From: Thermodesulfobacteriota bacterium | Lineage (GTDB): Bacteria; Desulfobacterota; Desulfobulbia; Desulfobulbales; SURF-16 | Assembly: GCA_040755455.1 (NCBI GenBank) | Contig: JBFMAY010000001.1 | Span: 128,001 to 192,000 of the forward strand | Direction: 5' to 3' | DNA length: 64,000 bases | Part shown: piece after piece, positions 22,125 to 36,352 of the stretch | Position numbering within the stretch: position 1 is the first letter of the stretch | How the letters are laid out: every line of letters begins with the position of its first letter | Notes under the pieces: model-generated | What the model was told of the DNA's origin: nothing | The model's input: the letters and a program-made list of their open reading frames with translations, nothing else | Database searches by the model: none | Translations under genes and position numbers: made by a program

Positions 22125-24095
22125 TTAGCGCGCCCTCTGCTTTTTCTGCTGTTTGCATTCGTACATCAGGTTGTCCGCCCTGTTCATCAATTCTTCAATG
22201 GTGCTCGGCTGTTCAGGATCAAAGCGGACCACGCCGATGCTCATCGACAGCTCATAGCTCCGCTGCCCCGTGTTGTTTCTGGTCTGCATGTTCGTTTCAA
22301 GACGGTGCATGACGCTTTTTTCGTCAGCCGGGTCAATGAGCAGCACGGCGAATTCGTCGCCGCCCAGCCTGGCGATGGTGTCCGAGTCCCTGAAGGTGGA
22401 GCGGAGGAGATCGGCGGTCTCCATCAGCACCTGATCACCGGCGTGGTGTCCCAGGTGGTCATTGACCCATTTCAGATTGTCCACATCGGCATACATCAGG
22501 AAAACATTTCCTTCCTGGCGCTTTGCCATCTGCAGCTGCTTGGTGGCCATGGTCATGAACCCGCGCCGGTTGAGCAGGGAGGTCAGCTCATCGGTGATGG
22601 CTATCTCCCGCAGTTTGGCCTCGCTCTGCCGCAGGGCTGTTTCTATTTTTTTGCGTCTGGAGATATTGATGGCCAGACAGACAATGCCGTAAATCTCGCC
22701 CTGGCTGTTCTTCATCGGCGAGGCGCTGAAATGGACCGGGATTTCCCGGCCCCATTTCGTCAGGTAGATCAGCTCGCATTCCCTGAGAATTTCCCCTTCA
22801 TTGAGGTTGCTGAACGGGCAGGCGTCGGCTTCATCCTTTTTGAGGATGAACGCCAGAGGTTTGCCGGTCAACTCATGCTTTTCGTAACCGAGCATGGCGA
22901 TGGTGGAGTTGTTGATCGTCTCGATCCTGCCGGTCGGGCCGAGGACAATGAGGCTCTCCTGCATGGAACTGAGAATGGTGTTGAAATAATCCCGGGAAAT
23001 GGTGGTCTCCTGCAGATTCCTGGTCATGGTATTGAAGGAACCGATCAGTTTGCCGATCTCGTCTTGTGACTTGATGTCGATGATTTCGCTGAGATTTCCC
23101 TGGGAAATGGCCTTTGCCGCCTGGGTGAGCCTGGCCAGCGGCATGGTGATGCCGTTTGACAGGATGTAGGAGAGAAAACTTGCCAGGGCAAAGAAGATGA
23201 CAAAAAGGATGATAAAGCCGATGCGCAGCTGCTGCACCTGCTGCATGAATTCCGCATGGGGCAGAACGGTCATGACCGTCCATTGCAGCTCCGGAATGAA
23301 GGTTGCGGCGACCAGGGAATCTCTACCCCGTACAGTGGTGCGCTGAAAGGCCGGCATACGGTCCGGCTCCCGGAGAGCGGAAAAGGCGTCCGAGGCCTTT
23401 TCCGCCTCTGTCCGGCTGAAGTTGATCTGCATTGCCGAGGCGTCGGACGATGGAGGACTAATGGTGATGATATTGCCGATTCCGTCAATGAGCAGGAGAT
23501 AACCAGCGGCGCTGAACTTGATATCAGCCAGGCTTTCGGCAATTTTCCGGTAGGGCAGGGTGCCAAGAAGCAGTCCGGCGAATCTGTCCTCAAAATACTG
23601 GTGCCTGGCAATGGCCAGCTGCAGCACCGGCTCCTCGGACTGCGTCGTTGGCCCATCCTGGAAGATGAGGACCTTGTTCGGGTGGGCCAGGCTTTTGGTG
23701 AAAAAAGGCTGGCCGCTGTAATCAGCTTCATTCTGGGAAATCTCGCCGTCGGTAACCCGCAGCTCTTCGCTACCCTGTTCGTTGATGAAGCTGAGCGTGG
23801 AAAAATTGCCGTGAAATTCGGCCAGATAGGAGGAAAGGGCGGCTTCCCGGTAGTTGATGGAATAATTGATCACCTCCTGCCCGCCTGAGATGCGCTCCAG
23901 AAGATCGACCTTGGTTTTGAGATAGATGTTGACGGTTTGCACGGCGTGCCGGGTAATGAATTCAAGGTTTTGTTTCTGACTCTTTTCCAGGGTGGTAATC
24001 AGGTAAAAATAGGAAACATAGGCCAGCAGAAGGTTAGTAAGCAAAATAATCCCGCTGTGCGAGAGCAGAAGGGTTATTTTCAGCGAACGAAACAT
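22125..24095 (-). CDS. dCache-HAMP-PAS-GGDEF diguanylate cyclase
   Basis: 2 TM, HAMP (DEIGKL..SFN.M), PAS, RDSD I-site and GGDEF. Confidence 0.93.
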   Translation of the reverse strand: MFRSLKITLLLSHSGIILLTNLLLAYVSYFYLITTLEKSQKQNLEFITRHAVQTVNIYLKTKVDLLERISGGQEVINYSINYREAALSSYLAEFHGNFSTLSFINEQGSEELRVTDGEISQNEADYSGQPFFTKSLAHPNKVLIFQDGPTTQSEEPVLQLAIARHQYFEDRFAGLLLGTLPYRKIAESLADIKFSAAGYLLLIDGIGNIITISPPSSDASAMQINFSRTEAEKASDAFSALREPDRMPAFQRTTVRGRDSLVAATFIPELQWTVMTVLPHAEFMQQVQQLRIGFIILFVIFFALASFLSYILSNGITMPLARLTQAAKAISQGNLSEIIDIKSQDEIGKLIGSFNTMTRNLQETTISRDYFNTILSSMQESLIVLGPTGRIETINNSTIAMLGYEKHELTGKPLAFILKKDEADACPFSNLNEGEILRECELIYLTKWGREIPVHFSASPMKNSQGEIYGIVCLAINISRRKKIETALRQSEAKLREIAITDELTSLLNRRGFMTMATKQLQMAKRQEGNVFLMYADVDNLKWVNDHLGHHAGDQVLMETADLLRSTFRDSDTIARLGGDEFAVLLIDPADEKSVMHRLETNMQTRNNTGQRSYELSMSIGVVRFDPEQPSTIEELMNRADNLMYECKQQKKQRAR

Positions 24096-24201
24096 AATAG
24101 ACCTTATAAACCTTGAGCCCCGGGAAACGGGACGGGGAAATCAGCAGCACAATCCCTGGGCCGGCTGCCGTGCCTTGCTTTTGCGAGACCTGCCAGCATG
24201 T

Positions 24202-25131
24202 CTACCGCCTTTTCAGGGCTGAAAAGGCGCCATGGTCGGCCATGATCTTCTCCGCCGCCGGGCTGTAAAGAAAATCGATAAAGTTTTTCACCTGCCGGCC
24301 CGGCTCGTCTTTCCATACCAGACCGAGCGGGATAACGAGCCGGTAGGCCCCCTGTGTCACGTTTTCCCGGTTCGGGGAAAGCTGGTCAAGCTGCAGCACA
24401 ACAATGTTCGGCTGGTTTTCGGCCTCGGCCAGGCACGAGTAGCCGATGGTGTATTTGTATCTGTTGATCGCGGCGATGTTTTCCGGCGTGGTGTAGAGGA
24501 TCTGTCCCACCGGTTTGTCGATGCCGTTGAATGCCGGTATGTGCTTTTCGATAATGGTGCGGGATGAATCCCCCTTTTCCCGGTTGGCCACGTAAATTTT
24601 TTCAGGGGGCCCGCCCAGTTCGCTCCAGCGGGTGATGGCGCCTGAAAAGATGCCGGCCGCCTGCTGCCCGGTGATGCTGGTGACACCCGTCACGCTGCTG
24701 TTGACCAGGAAAACCACCGGTGAATCGGCAAAAAGCAGGTAGGAAAGGTTGAGTGCCTTCTCCTGTTCCTTCAACGGACGGGCCACCCGGCCCAGGTCAC
24801 ATTTGCCGGCTGCCGTGGCTTTGATGCCGCCGCTGCTTCCGATGGAGTCCTGCACGTCAATGCTTACGTCCGGATGGGACTGTTCATAGCTGGCGGCCAG
24901 ATGACGCAGCAGATTCTGGCTGTCGCCGGAGCCGCAGATGATGATTGTCTGTTTGGCCGGATTGGGGGAAACCGTCTGCACTGTTTGTTCAGGATTGCTG
25001 TCCGCCTGCAGTGCCGTGACGGGGCGGTCCTCTGCGTAATTTGCGGCGCTGCCGTAATGAGCGGCCGCACTGTTGATTGCGGTGCCCAGCAAGAGGAGCA
25101 GACCGGCCACAGGTAGCAATGTCTTTTTCAT
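24202..25131 (-). CDS. PstS-like periplasmic substrate-binding protein
   Basis: Signal peptide MKKTLLP..., GSG, GSSGGIKA, RPLK, W.ELGG, REKGDS motifs of phosphate-binding-like PBPs. Confidence 0.82.
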   Translation of the reverse strand: MKKTLLPVAGLLLLLGTAINSAAAHYGSAANYAEDRPVTALQADSNPEQTVQTVSPNPAKQTIIICGSGDSQNLLRHLAASYEQSHPDVSIDVQDSIGSSGGIKATAAGKCDLGRVARPLKEQEKALNLSYLLFADSPVVFLVNSSVTGVTSITGQQAAGIFSGAITRWSELGGPPEKIYVANREKGDSSRTIIEKHIPAFNGIDKPVGQILYTTPENIAAINRYKYTIGYSCLAEAENQPNIVVLQLDQLSPNRENVTQGAYRLVIPLGLVWKDEPGRQVKNFIDFLYSPAAEKIMADHGAFSALKRR

Positions 25132-25295
25132 GCTGATATTTCTCCGCTGGTGTGCTGAAGGGAAAATGGCTGACCAGCTATTCAATAACAAAGGCTATGT
25201 TTTTGTCAAGTAGGAGTGCAGAGGCGCATGGCCACCGGCAGGTTGTCATGCAAGAGATAAGATGGCCCATGCAGGCAAAATGTTTCACTTTAACT

Positions 25296-25355
25296 GGCAT
25301 AAGGGGCCGCAACGAAATGGTCAGCAGGGTAATGGTTATTTCGTAACAACCCCTT
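25296..25355 (+). repeat. Copy A of a ~60-bp dispersed imperfect inverted-repeat element
   Basis: ggcataaggggccgcaacgaaatggtca-N9-tggttatttcgtaacaacccctt; aligns with the copies at 50582 and 50683. Confidence 0.85.
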
Positions 25356-25514
25356 TGATCGTGTTCCGGAAAAAATCGACAATGTTTTCCGGTTTATGAT
25401 ATGATTTTCCATGTTTTGTATAGGTTGCTGACGGCTTGGTTTTTTGCCGGGCATTACTGTGAGAAAACAGTGGGATGCATCAAGGGAAGGGTTGCCACGT
25501 TGGCCGGTAAACGG

Positions 25515-30008
<4,494 letters not shown>

Positions 30009-30125
30009 CAGGCAGCGGGAACACAAGAGAGAATCCGTGGCCGGTGGAGGAGCTGCCTAAGCGCGGCCCTCTTCCCGGAGGGGCTTTGCCGGCCAGGGCA
30101 TGTTAAACCAAGCAGGGGAGACACC

Positions 30126-30752
30126 ATGCGTATCCTGATCGCTGAAGACGACTTGACGTCGCGGGTCATGCTGGCGGCTGTGTTAAAGAAAGGTGGCCAT
30201 GAGGTGGTGGAGACCACCAACGGCACGCAGGCCTGGGAGGCGCTGGGCAAACCCGATGCGCCGCGCCTGGCCATTCTCGACTGGATGATGCCCGGCCTGG
30301 ACGGGCTTGATGTCGTGCGCCGAATCCGCTCCCTGCCCTCCCTGCCGCCACCGTACATCATCATCCTGACCGCCAGGGAGGGGAAAACCGATGTCATCGC
30401 CGGTCTTGAAGCCGGGGCGGACGACTATCTGGCCAAACCCTTTGATCCGGGAGAACTCCTGGCCAGGGTTGCGGTCGGCCGGCGCATGATCCAGCTGCAG
30501 GAAAGATTGACGGACCAGGTGCGGGAACTGCGCGAGGCCGCCCGCCACATCAAAACCCTGCAGGGCATCATCCCTATCTGTTCGTTCTGCAAGAAGATCC
30601 GTGACGACCAGGGTTACTGGGACCAGGTCGAGGCCTATGTCAGCCGGCATTCCGAGGTCCAGTTCAGTCACGGCGTCTGTCCCGAGTGCCTGAAAAAAAA
30701 CTACCCCGATTGCTGTGAGGACGACGGTGACGGCGAGGGCGAGCTGGTATGA
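30126..30752 (+). CDS. Response regulator: REC plus C-terminal Cys/His-rich domain, no DNA-binding domain
   Basis: AEDD, LDWMMP, AKPF, then CSFCKKIRDDQGYW...SHGVCPEC. Confidence 0.9.
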   Translation: MRILIAEDDLTSRVMLAAVLKKGGHEVVETTNGTQAWEALGKPDAPRLAILDWMMPGLDGLDVVRRIRSLPSLPPPYIIILTAREGKTDVIAGLEAGADDYLAKPFDPGELLARVAVGRRMIQLQERLTDQVRELREAARHIKTLQGIIPICSFCKKIRDDQGYWDQVEAYVSRHSEVQFSHGVCPECLKKNYPDCCEDDGDGEGELV

Positions 30753-33700
30753 TGAATAACACCACATCCACCAGACCGGCGGCCAGGGCCGTGGTGGTCA
30801 ATGACGACGTGAACCAGCTTAATGTGCTGTCCGGCCTGTTGCGCAGGGAAGGGATCGAGGTGCAACCATGGCAAAGCGCGGAGGCGGCCCTTGCCGCCAT
30901 GGACCGGCACCGGCCACCTGATCTCATCGTCACCGACCTCTACATGCCGGTGATTGACGGCTGGCGCTTCTGCCGTCTGCTCCGTTCGCCTGAATACCCA
31001 TCCTGCAACCACATCCCCATCCTGGTCATTTCAGCCACCTTTGCCGGCGACGAGGCCGCCCGCATCACCAGGGAGCTTGGCGCCAACGCCTTTCTGCCGG
31101 CACCGGTGGACGGCAAACAGTTCATTGAACAGGTGCGGGCGATTCTCGCCGGCCGGTTGTTGCGTCATATCCCCCGGGTGCTGCTTGTTGAGAACAGTCC
31201 CACCCTGGCGGGCCTCCTGCAGAAGGCCTTTGAGAGCCACGGCTACCTGGCCGATACGGCCAGCACCGCCCGGACGGCGGCCGCAGCGTTCGCCTGCGCC
31301 GCTTACGACGTGGCCGTGCTGGACTATCACCTGCCCGATGCGACGGGGGATTTGCTGCTCGCGGATTTCCGGGCCGGGCGGCCTGATTGCGTCTGCATCA
31401 TGATGACCACCGACCCGAGCCCCGAGCTGGCCCTGGCCTGGATGCGGCAGGGCGCGGCCGCCTATCTGCGCAAGCCCTTTGACCCTGCGTCCCTCATCGA
31501 ACTCTGCGCCATGGCCTGCCGGGAAAGAGCCCTGCTGCGGGTGGAAGATCTGCTGGAAAAAAGAAGCCGCGAACTGCGGGAGGCCGAATGCCGCTATCGC
31601 ACTCTCTTTGAGCAAAGTCCAGACGGGGTGGTGATTCTTCATCCGGGAACCGCCCAGCCGCTTGAATTCAACGAACAGGCCTGCCGGCAGCTCGGCTATT
31701 CCCGGGAAGAGTTCGCCCGCCTGCGCCTGTCGGACATCGAGGCGGCGGAAACGGCTGAAGAAAGTCAGGTCCGTATTGCCAACGTCATTCGCGAGGGGCA
31801 CGACGATTTCGATACCCTGCAGCGCACCAAACAGGGAGAGATCAGGCACGTCCACGTGACGGCCCAGCTGATTGATGTGGGGGGGCGGCCGGTCTACCAC
31901 TGCATCTGGCGGGACATCACCGAGCGCAAACGGGCGGCGGAAATGCTGCGGGAAAGCGAGACGCAGGTTCGGGCCAAGCTCGACGCCATCCTGTCCCCGG
32001 CGGGAGATATCGGTCTGCTCGATCTGCGCGACATCCTGGATGTCCGGGCGATCCAGGAGCTGATGAACGATTTTTTCAGTCTGACCCATATCGGCGTCGG
32101 CATTATCGATCTGCACGGCAAGGTGGTGGTTGCCACCGGATGGCAGGATATCTGCACCAGATTCCACCGCCGCCACCCTGAAACCTGCCGGAACTGTATG
32201 GAAAGCGACACGGAGCTGTCCGCCGGGGTGCCGGCCGGAACCTTCAAGATCTATAAATGCCGGAACAACATGTGGGATATCGCCACCCCGGTCATGGTGG
32301 GCGGCAGGCACATGGGCAACCTGTTCCTCGGCCAGTTCTTCTTTGCCGAGGATACCCCGGATCGTGACACCTTCGTGGCCCAGGCAAGGCAATACGGGTT
32401 CGCTGAGGATGAGTATTTGGCCGCCCTGGAGCGCGTGCCGCGCTGGAGCCGGGAAACCGTCAACACCATCATGAGCTTCTATGCCCGCTTCACCACCCTG
32501 CTTTCCACCCTGAGCTATAGCAACATCAAGCTGGCCCGGACAGTGGAAGAGCGTAGGGAAGCCGAGGAGGCGCTCAGGCAGAGCGAGGCCCGGCTGGCGG
32601 AATCCAATCAGCTCATGGCCGGGGTGCTGGATCATACCCACATGATGGTGGCATACCTTGACGCGCGGTTCAACTTCATCTGGGTCAATCGCGCCTATGC
32701 CCAAACCTGCGGGCAGGAGCCCGGCTTTTTTCCGGGCAAGAACCACTTCGCCCTCTATCCCCACGAGGAGAATCAGGCCATCTTTCAGCGCGTGGCGGAT
32801 ACCGGTGAACCGTTTTTCGTCGCCGCCAAACCGTTTGAGTTTCCCGATCAGCCCGAGCGCGGCGTGACCTACTGGGACTGGAGTCTGGTTCCCACCAGGG
32901 ATTCAGCGGGGAAGATCACGGGACTGGTTTTCACCCTGGCCGAGGTCACCAGCCGCATCCGGGCCGAGGAGACCCTCAGGCGGAGCGAGGAACTCCTGAA
33001 TGCCACCCAGCGGCTGACCAAGGTGGGCGGCTGGGAGTGGGATCTGGAAAAACAGACCATGTTCTGGACCGAGGAGGTTTACCGCATCCATGGCCTGAAT
33101 CCTGGCTGCGTCGCGCCGGGCGCGGCCGAACACGTGGCCAGGAGTCTGGAGTGTTACGATCCCGGGGATCGGCCGGTCATCCTGTCCGCCTTTCAGCGCT
33201 GCGCCGAGGAAGGGCAGGCATACGACCTGGAGTTCCCTTTTACGCCCTGCAGCGGAGGCAGGATCTGGATCCGGACCGGGGCCGAGGCCGTAATGGAGGC
33301 AGGTAAAGTGGTGCGGATAGTCGGCAACATCATGGACATCACCGAGCGCAGGCTGGCCGAGGAGACGCTGCGCAACAGTGAAGAGCGTTACCGTCTGCTC
33401 TTTGCGGCCATGGACTCGGCCTTCGCTCTGCACGAGATCCTGCGTGACGCAAACGGTTCGCCCTGCAACTACCGTTTCCTGGAAGTCAATCCTGCCTTTG
33501 AGAGGTTGACCGGGCTCAAGGCCGGGGAACTGATCGGCAAAACGGTTCTCGATGTCCTGCCGGAAACCGAACATCTCTGGGTTGAGCGTTACGGTCATGT
33601 GGTTGACAGCGGCGAGACCATCCATTTTGAGAATTACAGCCGGAATCTGAGCCGGCATTATGCGGTCACCGCTTACCGTCCCCGGCCAGGGCAGTTTGCC

Positions 33701-35287
33701 GTGATCTTTATGGACATCACCGAGCGGAAGAGGGCCGAGACGGAACGGGAACGGCTGCTCATGGCCATCGAGCAGTCCGGCGAGGTCATCGTCATCACCG
33801 ACCCTGATGGCATCATCCAGTATGTCAATCCGGCCTTTGAGCGGGCAACGGGCTACAGCCGTGACGAAGTCCTGGGCCAGAACCTGCGCCTGTTGAAGAG
33901 CGGCCGACAGGAGGAGGCCTTTTATGAGGAAATGTGGCGGGTGATCTCCGGAGGCGGGAACTGGCGGGGACGTTTCGTCAATAAACGCAAGGACGGCACG
34001 CTTTTTACCGAGGAGGCCAGCATCTCGCCGGTGCGGGACACCCAAGGCCGGATCGTCAATTACGTGGCGGTCAAGCGCGATATCACGGAGCATCTGCGCA
34101 TTTCCGAAGAGAATGCCAAGCTGGAGGCCCAGTTTCAGCAGGCCCAGAAGCTTGAGTCCGTCGGCCGTCTGGCCGGCGGCGTGGCCCATGATCTCAACAA
34201 CCTGCTCACCCCGATTCTCGGTTACGCAGAGATGCTGCTGGATGATTTCAGCGAGGAAGACGGGCGCAGGGTGGACATGGCAGAGATCGTCAAGGCGGGC
34301 ATGCGGGCCCGGGATCTGGTGCGCCAGCTCCTGGTTCTCAGTCGCAAGCAGGTGATGGAGTTGAAATCCATCGATGTCAACAACCTGCTGACCCAGTTTG
34401 ACAAGCTGCTGCGCCGCACGATCCGCGAGGATGTCGCCATTGATCTCATTCTGGCCCCGTCGCTGCCGCTCATCAAGGGTGATATCGGGCAGCTGGAGCA
34501 GGTGATCATGAATCTGGCGGTCAACGCCCAGGACGCCATGCCAGACGGTGGCAGGCTGACCATGGAAACGGAGATGGTCGCGGTGGATGAGGTCTATGCC
34601 GCGGGGAAACCCGGCATGCTCCCCGGCCCTTACGTCAGGTTGACCATCAGCGACACGGGCTGCGGCATGGACGCCGAGACCTGCAGGCACATCTTCGAGC
34701 CGTTTTTCACCACCAAGGAAAAGGACCAGGGTACCGGACTGGGCCTGGCCACCGTCTACGGCATTGTCAAGCAGCACGGCGGCAGTATCTGGGTCTACAG
34801 CGAACCCGGCCACGGCTCAACCTTCAAGATATATTTTCCTGTTGCCGAGGCCCAGGCTGCGGCGGAGGAAGTCGTTGCGGCAAAACCCGCAGACAGGGAT
34901 GGCTCCGAAACCATTCTGCTGGTGGAGGACAATGAGCAGGTGCGCAATCTCGCCCGGGCCATTCTCAGCCGGCGGGGCTACTCGCTCCTCATCGCCCAGG
35001 ACGGCAGCGATGCGCTGCGCATCCTCGCCCGGCACCATGGGCCGCTGCACCTGATACTGACCGACGTGATCATGCCCGGCATGAGCGGCAAGGAGCTTTT
35101 TGACCGGGTTGCCGCTCTTTACTCTGATATGAAGGTGCTTTACATGTCGGGCTATACCGATAATGTCATTGCCCAGCGCGGCGTGCTTGACCAGGGCATT
35201 CACTTCATCCAGAAACCTTTCACCGTCACGGGCCTGCTGGCCAAGGTGCGGGAAGCGCTGGATCAGGCTTCCCGCAGCGCCAGCTGA
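30749..35287 (+). CDS. Cytoplasmic hybrid histidine kinase (REC-REC-PAS-PocR-multiple PAS-HisKA-HATPase-REC)
   Basis: Two N-terminal receivers, PocR-like WQDIC..FHR....C..C, several DITER PAC ends, AHDLNNLL, FEPFFTTK, C-terminal REC. ATGA overlap with the upstream RR. Confidence 0.92.
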   Translation: MMNNTTSTRPAARAVVVNDDVNQLNVLSGLLRREGIEVQPWQSAEAALAAMDRHRPPDLIVTDLYMPVIDGWRFCRLLRSPEYPSCNHIPILVISATFAGDEAARITRELGANAFLPAPVDGKQFIEQVRAILAGRLLRHIPRVLLVENSPTLAGLLQKAFESHGYLADTASTARTAAAAFACAAYDVAVLDYHLPDATGDLLLADFRAGRPDCVCIMMTTDPSPELALAWMRQGAAAYLRKPFDPASLIELCAMACRERALLRVEDLLEKRSRELREAECRYRTLFEQSPDGVVILHPGTAQPLEFNEQACRQLGYSREEFARLRLSDIEAAETAEESQVRIANVIREGHDDFDTLQRTKQGEIRHVHVTAQLIDVGGRPVYHCIWRDITERKRAAEMLRESETQVRAKLDAILSPAGDIGLLDLRDILDVRAIQELMNDFFSLTHIGVGIIDLHGKVVVATGWQDICTRFHRRHPETCRNCMESDTELSAGVPAGTFKIYKCRNNMWDIATPVMVGGRHMGNLFLGQFFFAEDTPDRDTFVAQARQYGFAEDEYLAALERVPRWSRETVNTIMSFYARFTTLLSTLSYSNIKLARTVEERREAEEALRQSEARLAESNQLMAGVLDHTHMMVAYLDARFNFIWVNRAYAQTCGQEPGFFPGKNHFALYPHEENQAIFQRVADTGEPFFVAAKPFEFPDQPERGVTYWDWSLVPTRDSAGKITGLVFTLAEVTSRIRAEETLRRSEELLNATQRLTKVGGWEWDLEKQTMFWTEEVYRIHGLNPGCVAPGAAEHVARSLECYDPGDRPVILSAFQRCAEEGQAYDLEFPFTPCSGGRIWIRTGAEAVMEAGKVVRIVGNIMDITERRLAEETLRNSEERYRLLFAAMDSAFALHEILRDANGSPCNYRFLEVNPAFERLTGLKAGELIGKTVLDVLPETEHLWVERYGHVVDSGETIHFENYSRNLSRHYAVTAYRPRPGQFAVIFMDITERKRAETERERLLMAIEQSGEVIVITDPDGIIQYVNPAFERATGYSRDEVLGQNLRLLKSGRQEEAFYEEMWRVISGGGNWRGRFVNKRKDGTLFTEEASISPVRDTQGRIVNYVAVKRDITEHLRISEENAKLEAQFQQAQKLESVGRLAGGVAHDLNNLLTPILGYAEMLLDDFSEEDGRRVDMAEIVKAGMRARDLVRQLLVLSRKQVMELKSIDVNNLLTQFDKLLRRTIREDVAIDLILAPSLPLIKGDIGQLEQVIMNLAVNAQDAMPDGGRLTMETEMVAVDEVYAAGKPGMLPGPYVRLTISDTGCGMDAETCRHIFEPFFTTKEKDQGTGLGLATVYGIVKQHGGSIWVYSEPGHGSTFKIYFPVAEAQAAAEEVVAAKPADRDGSETILLVEDNEQVRNLARAILSRRGYSLLIAQDGSDALRILARHHGPLHLILTDVIMPGMSGKELFDRVAALYSDMKVLYMSGYTDNVIAQRGVLDQGIHFIQKPFTVTGLLAKVREALDQASRSAS

Positions 35288-35385
35288 TTCCCCTTCAGCT
35301 CCGGCCTCCCGCCCTACCTTGCCGCCTGCCTCGGGTGCCTGAGGGGATTTGCGGCAGGCGGGATTTCGACATTTTGTTGTCCGGG

Positions 35386-35403
35386 CTCGACAAAAGTGTC
35401 GAG
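35386..35403. promoter_or_regulatory. Palindromic candidate enhancer (UAS) for a sigma54 activator
   Basis: CTCGACA-aaag-TGTCGAG (7-4-7), with a further TCGACA half-site about 20 bp upstream; ~110 bp before the -24/-12 motif. Confidence 0.5.
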
Positions 35404-35510
35404 GAACAGGGGTGAAAAAGGCCGTTTCCCCTGGTGGGCTGTCCGTCGTTATCCGGCAAAGTGAAGAAAAAAACCATGATATCCATATGTTATGGAATTA
35501 ATTATTGCGT

Positions 35511-35526
35511 TGGCACGCAAGTTGAA
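35511..35526 (+). promoter_or_regulatory. Candidate sigma54 -24/-12 promoter
   Basis: TGGCACGCAAGTTGAA against consensus TGGCAC-N5-TTGCW (C to A at -12), ~65 bp upstream of the zraP-like ATG. Confidence 0.6.
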
Positions 35527-35590
35527 AAACAGAATAAGCAAACAGCGTAATTTTTCCCTTAACATATTTTTTCAACACAGGAGGATCATC

Positions 35591-36061
35591 ATGAAAAAGG
35601 TACTGGCAGCAATGGCTTTAGCGGCAACAATCGGTTTGTTCGGCATCCAGCAGGCAGACGCCCAGCGCGGCCCGATGGGCTGGGGTGGCGGGCCTGCCGG
35701 GGCAAACTGCTGGAAGGCAAACGCCGGGCAGAATGTGCAGGTCATGGATGAGGAAACCAAAAAAGCGTATAATGCCTTTATGGACGCCACGGTTGACCTG
35801 CGCAAGGAAATGTTCAGCAAAAGTGAACAGATGCGAGCCTTGACCTTTGCGGCAGATCCGGATGAAGCAAAAATCGATGTGCTGGCCAAGGAAATGTTTG
35901 ACCTGCGCGCCCAGATTCAGGAAAAGGCTGACGAGCTTGGCTGGCAGGGCGGCATCGGCGGTCCCGGCTTTGGCTGCGGCGGCCCCGGCCCCGGCCGCGG
36001 CATGGGCATGGGCATGGGTTGCGGGCGGGGTGGCAATGGCCCCTGCCCTAAATGGAATTAA
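35591..36061 (+). CDS. ZraP/Spy/CpxP-like periplasmic heavy-metal or envelope stress protein
   Basis: AGGAGG RBS, signal peptide (QQADA), helical core T..LR.....K..........PD..KI..L..E...LR, Gly/Met/Cys-rich termini. Confidence 0.8.
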   Translation: MKKVLAAMALAATIGLFGIQQADAQRGPMGWGGGPAGANCWKANAGQNVQVMDEETKKAYNAFMDATVDLRKEMFSKSEQMRALTFAADPDEAKIDVLAKEMFDLRAQIQEKADELGWQGGIGGPGFGCGGPGPGRGMGMGMGCGRGGNGPCPKWN

Positions 36062-36097
36062 TAATAGAGTTTCACCTCATTTTCTCTCCCCCTCTCC

Positions 36098-36141
36098 TCA
36101 ATAAAAAAGCCCCTGCCGTACGGCAGGGGCTTTTTTATTGA
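36098..36141. terminator. Bidirectional-type intrinsic terminator (perfect 44-bp palindrome)
   Basis: tcaataaaaaagcccctgccgt|acggcaggggcttttttattga. Confidence 0.9.
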
Positions 36142-36352
36142 CCCAGAAAGTCCTTACGATCCCATTGCTTTTTCACGGCGCCAGCACAGTGCGTTCAGCG
36201 GCAAAGAGAACGCGCGGATCTTGCAATTCGGACATATGCAACCAGCCTCTGATGAAGGTCTCTGTCTTTTGCTGCGGGGCGGATCGTGGTATAGTGCGGA
36301 AAAGCAATCCGCCCCGGCCAGCATTTAGCGGCAATGACAGAGGAAAACAACC

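Noticed and set aside
25295..25312. TGGCA...GCA in repeat copy A as a sigma54 promoter
   Set aside because: GG-to-GC spacing is 11 nt rather than 10, there is no TTGC, and the GC is absent from copies B and C.
31031..34813. Long minus-strand ORFs (577 aa and 636 aa) and many similar antisense ORFs
   Set aside because: They lie opposite well-supported genes, lack recognisable motifs, and are expected shadows in GC-rich coding DNA.
35999..36016. GGCATG x3 microrepeat as a phase-variation tract
   Set aside because: In-frame Gly-Met repeat typical of the low-complexity tails of ZraP-like proteins.
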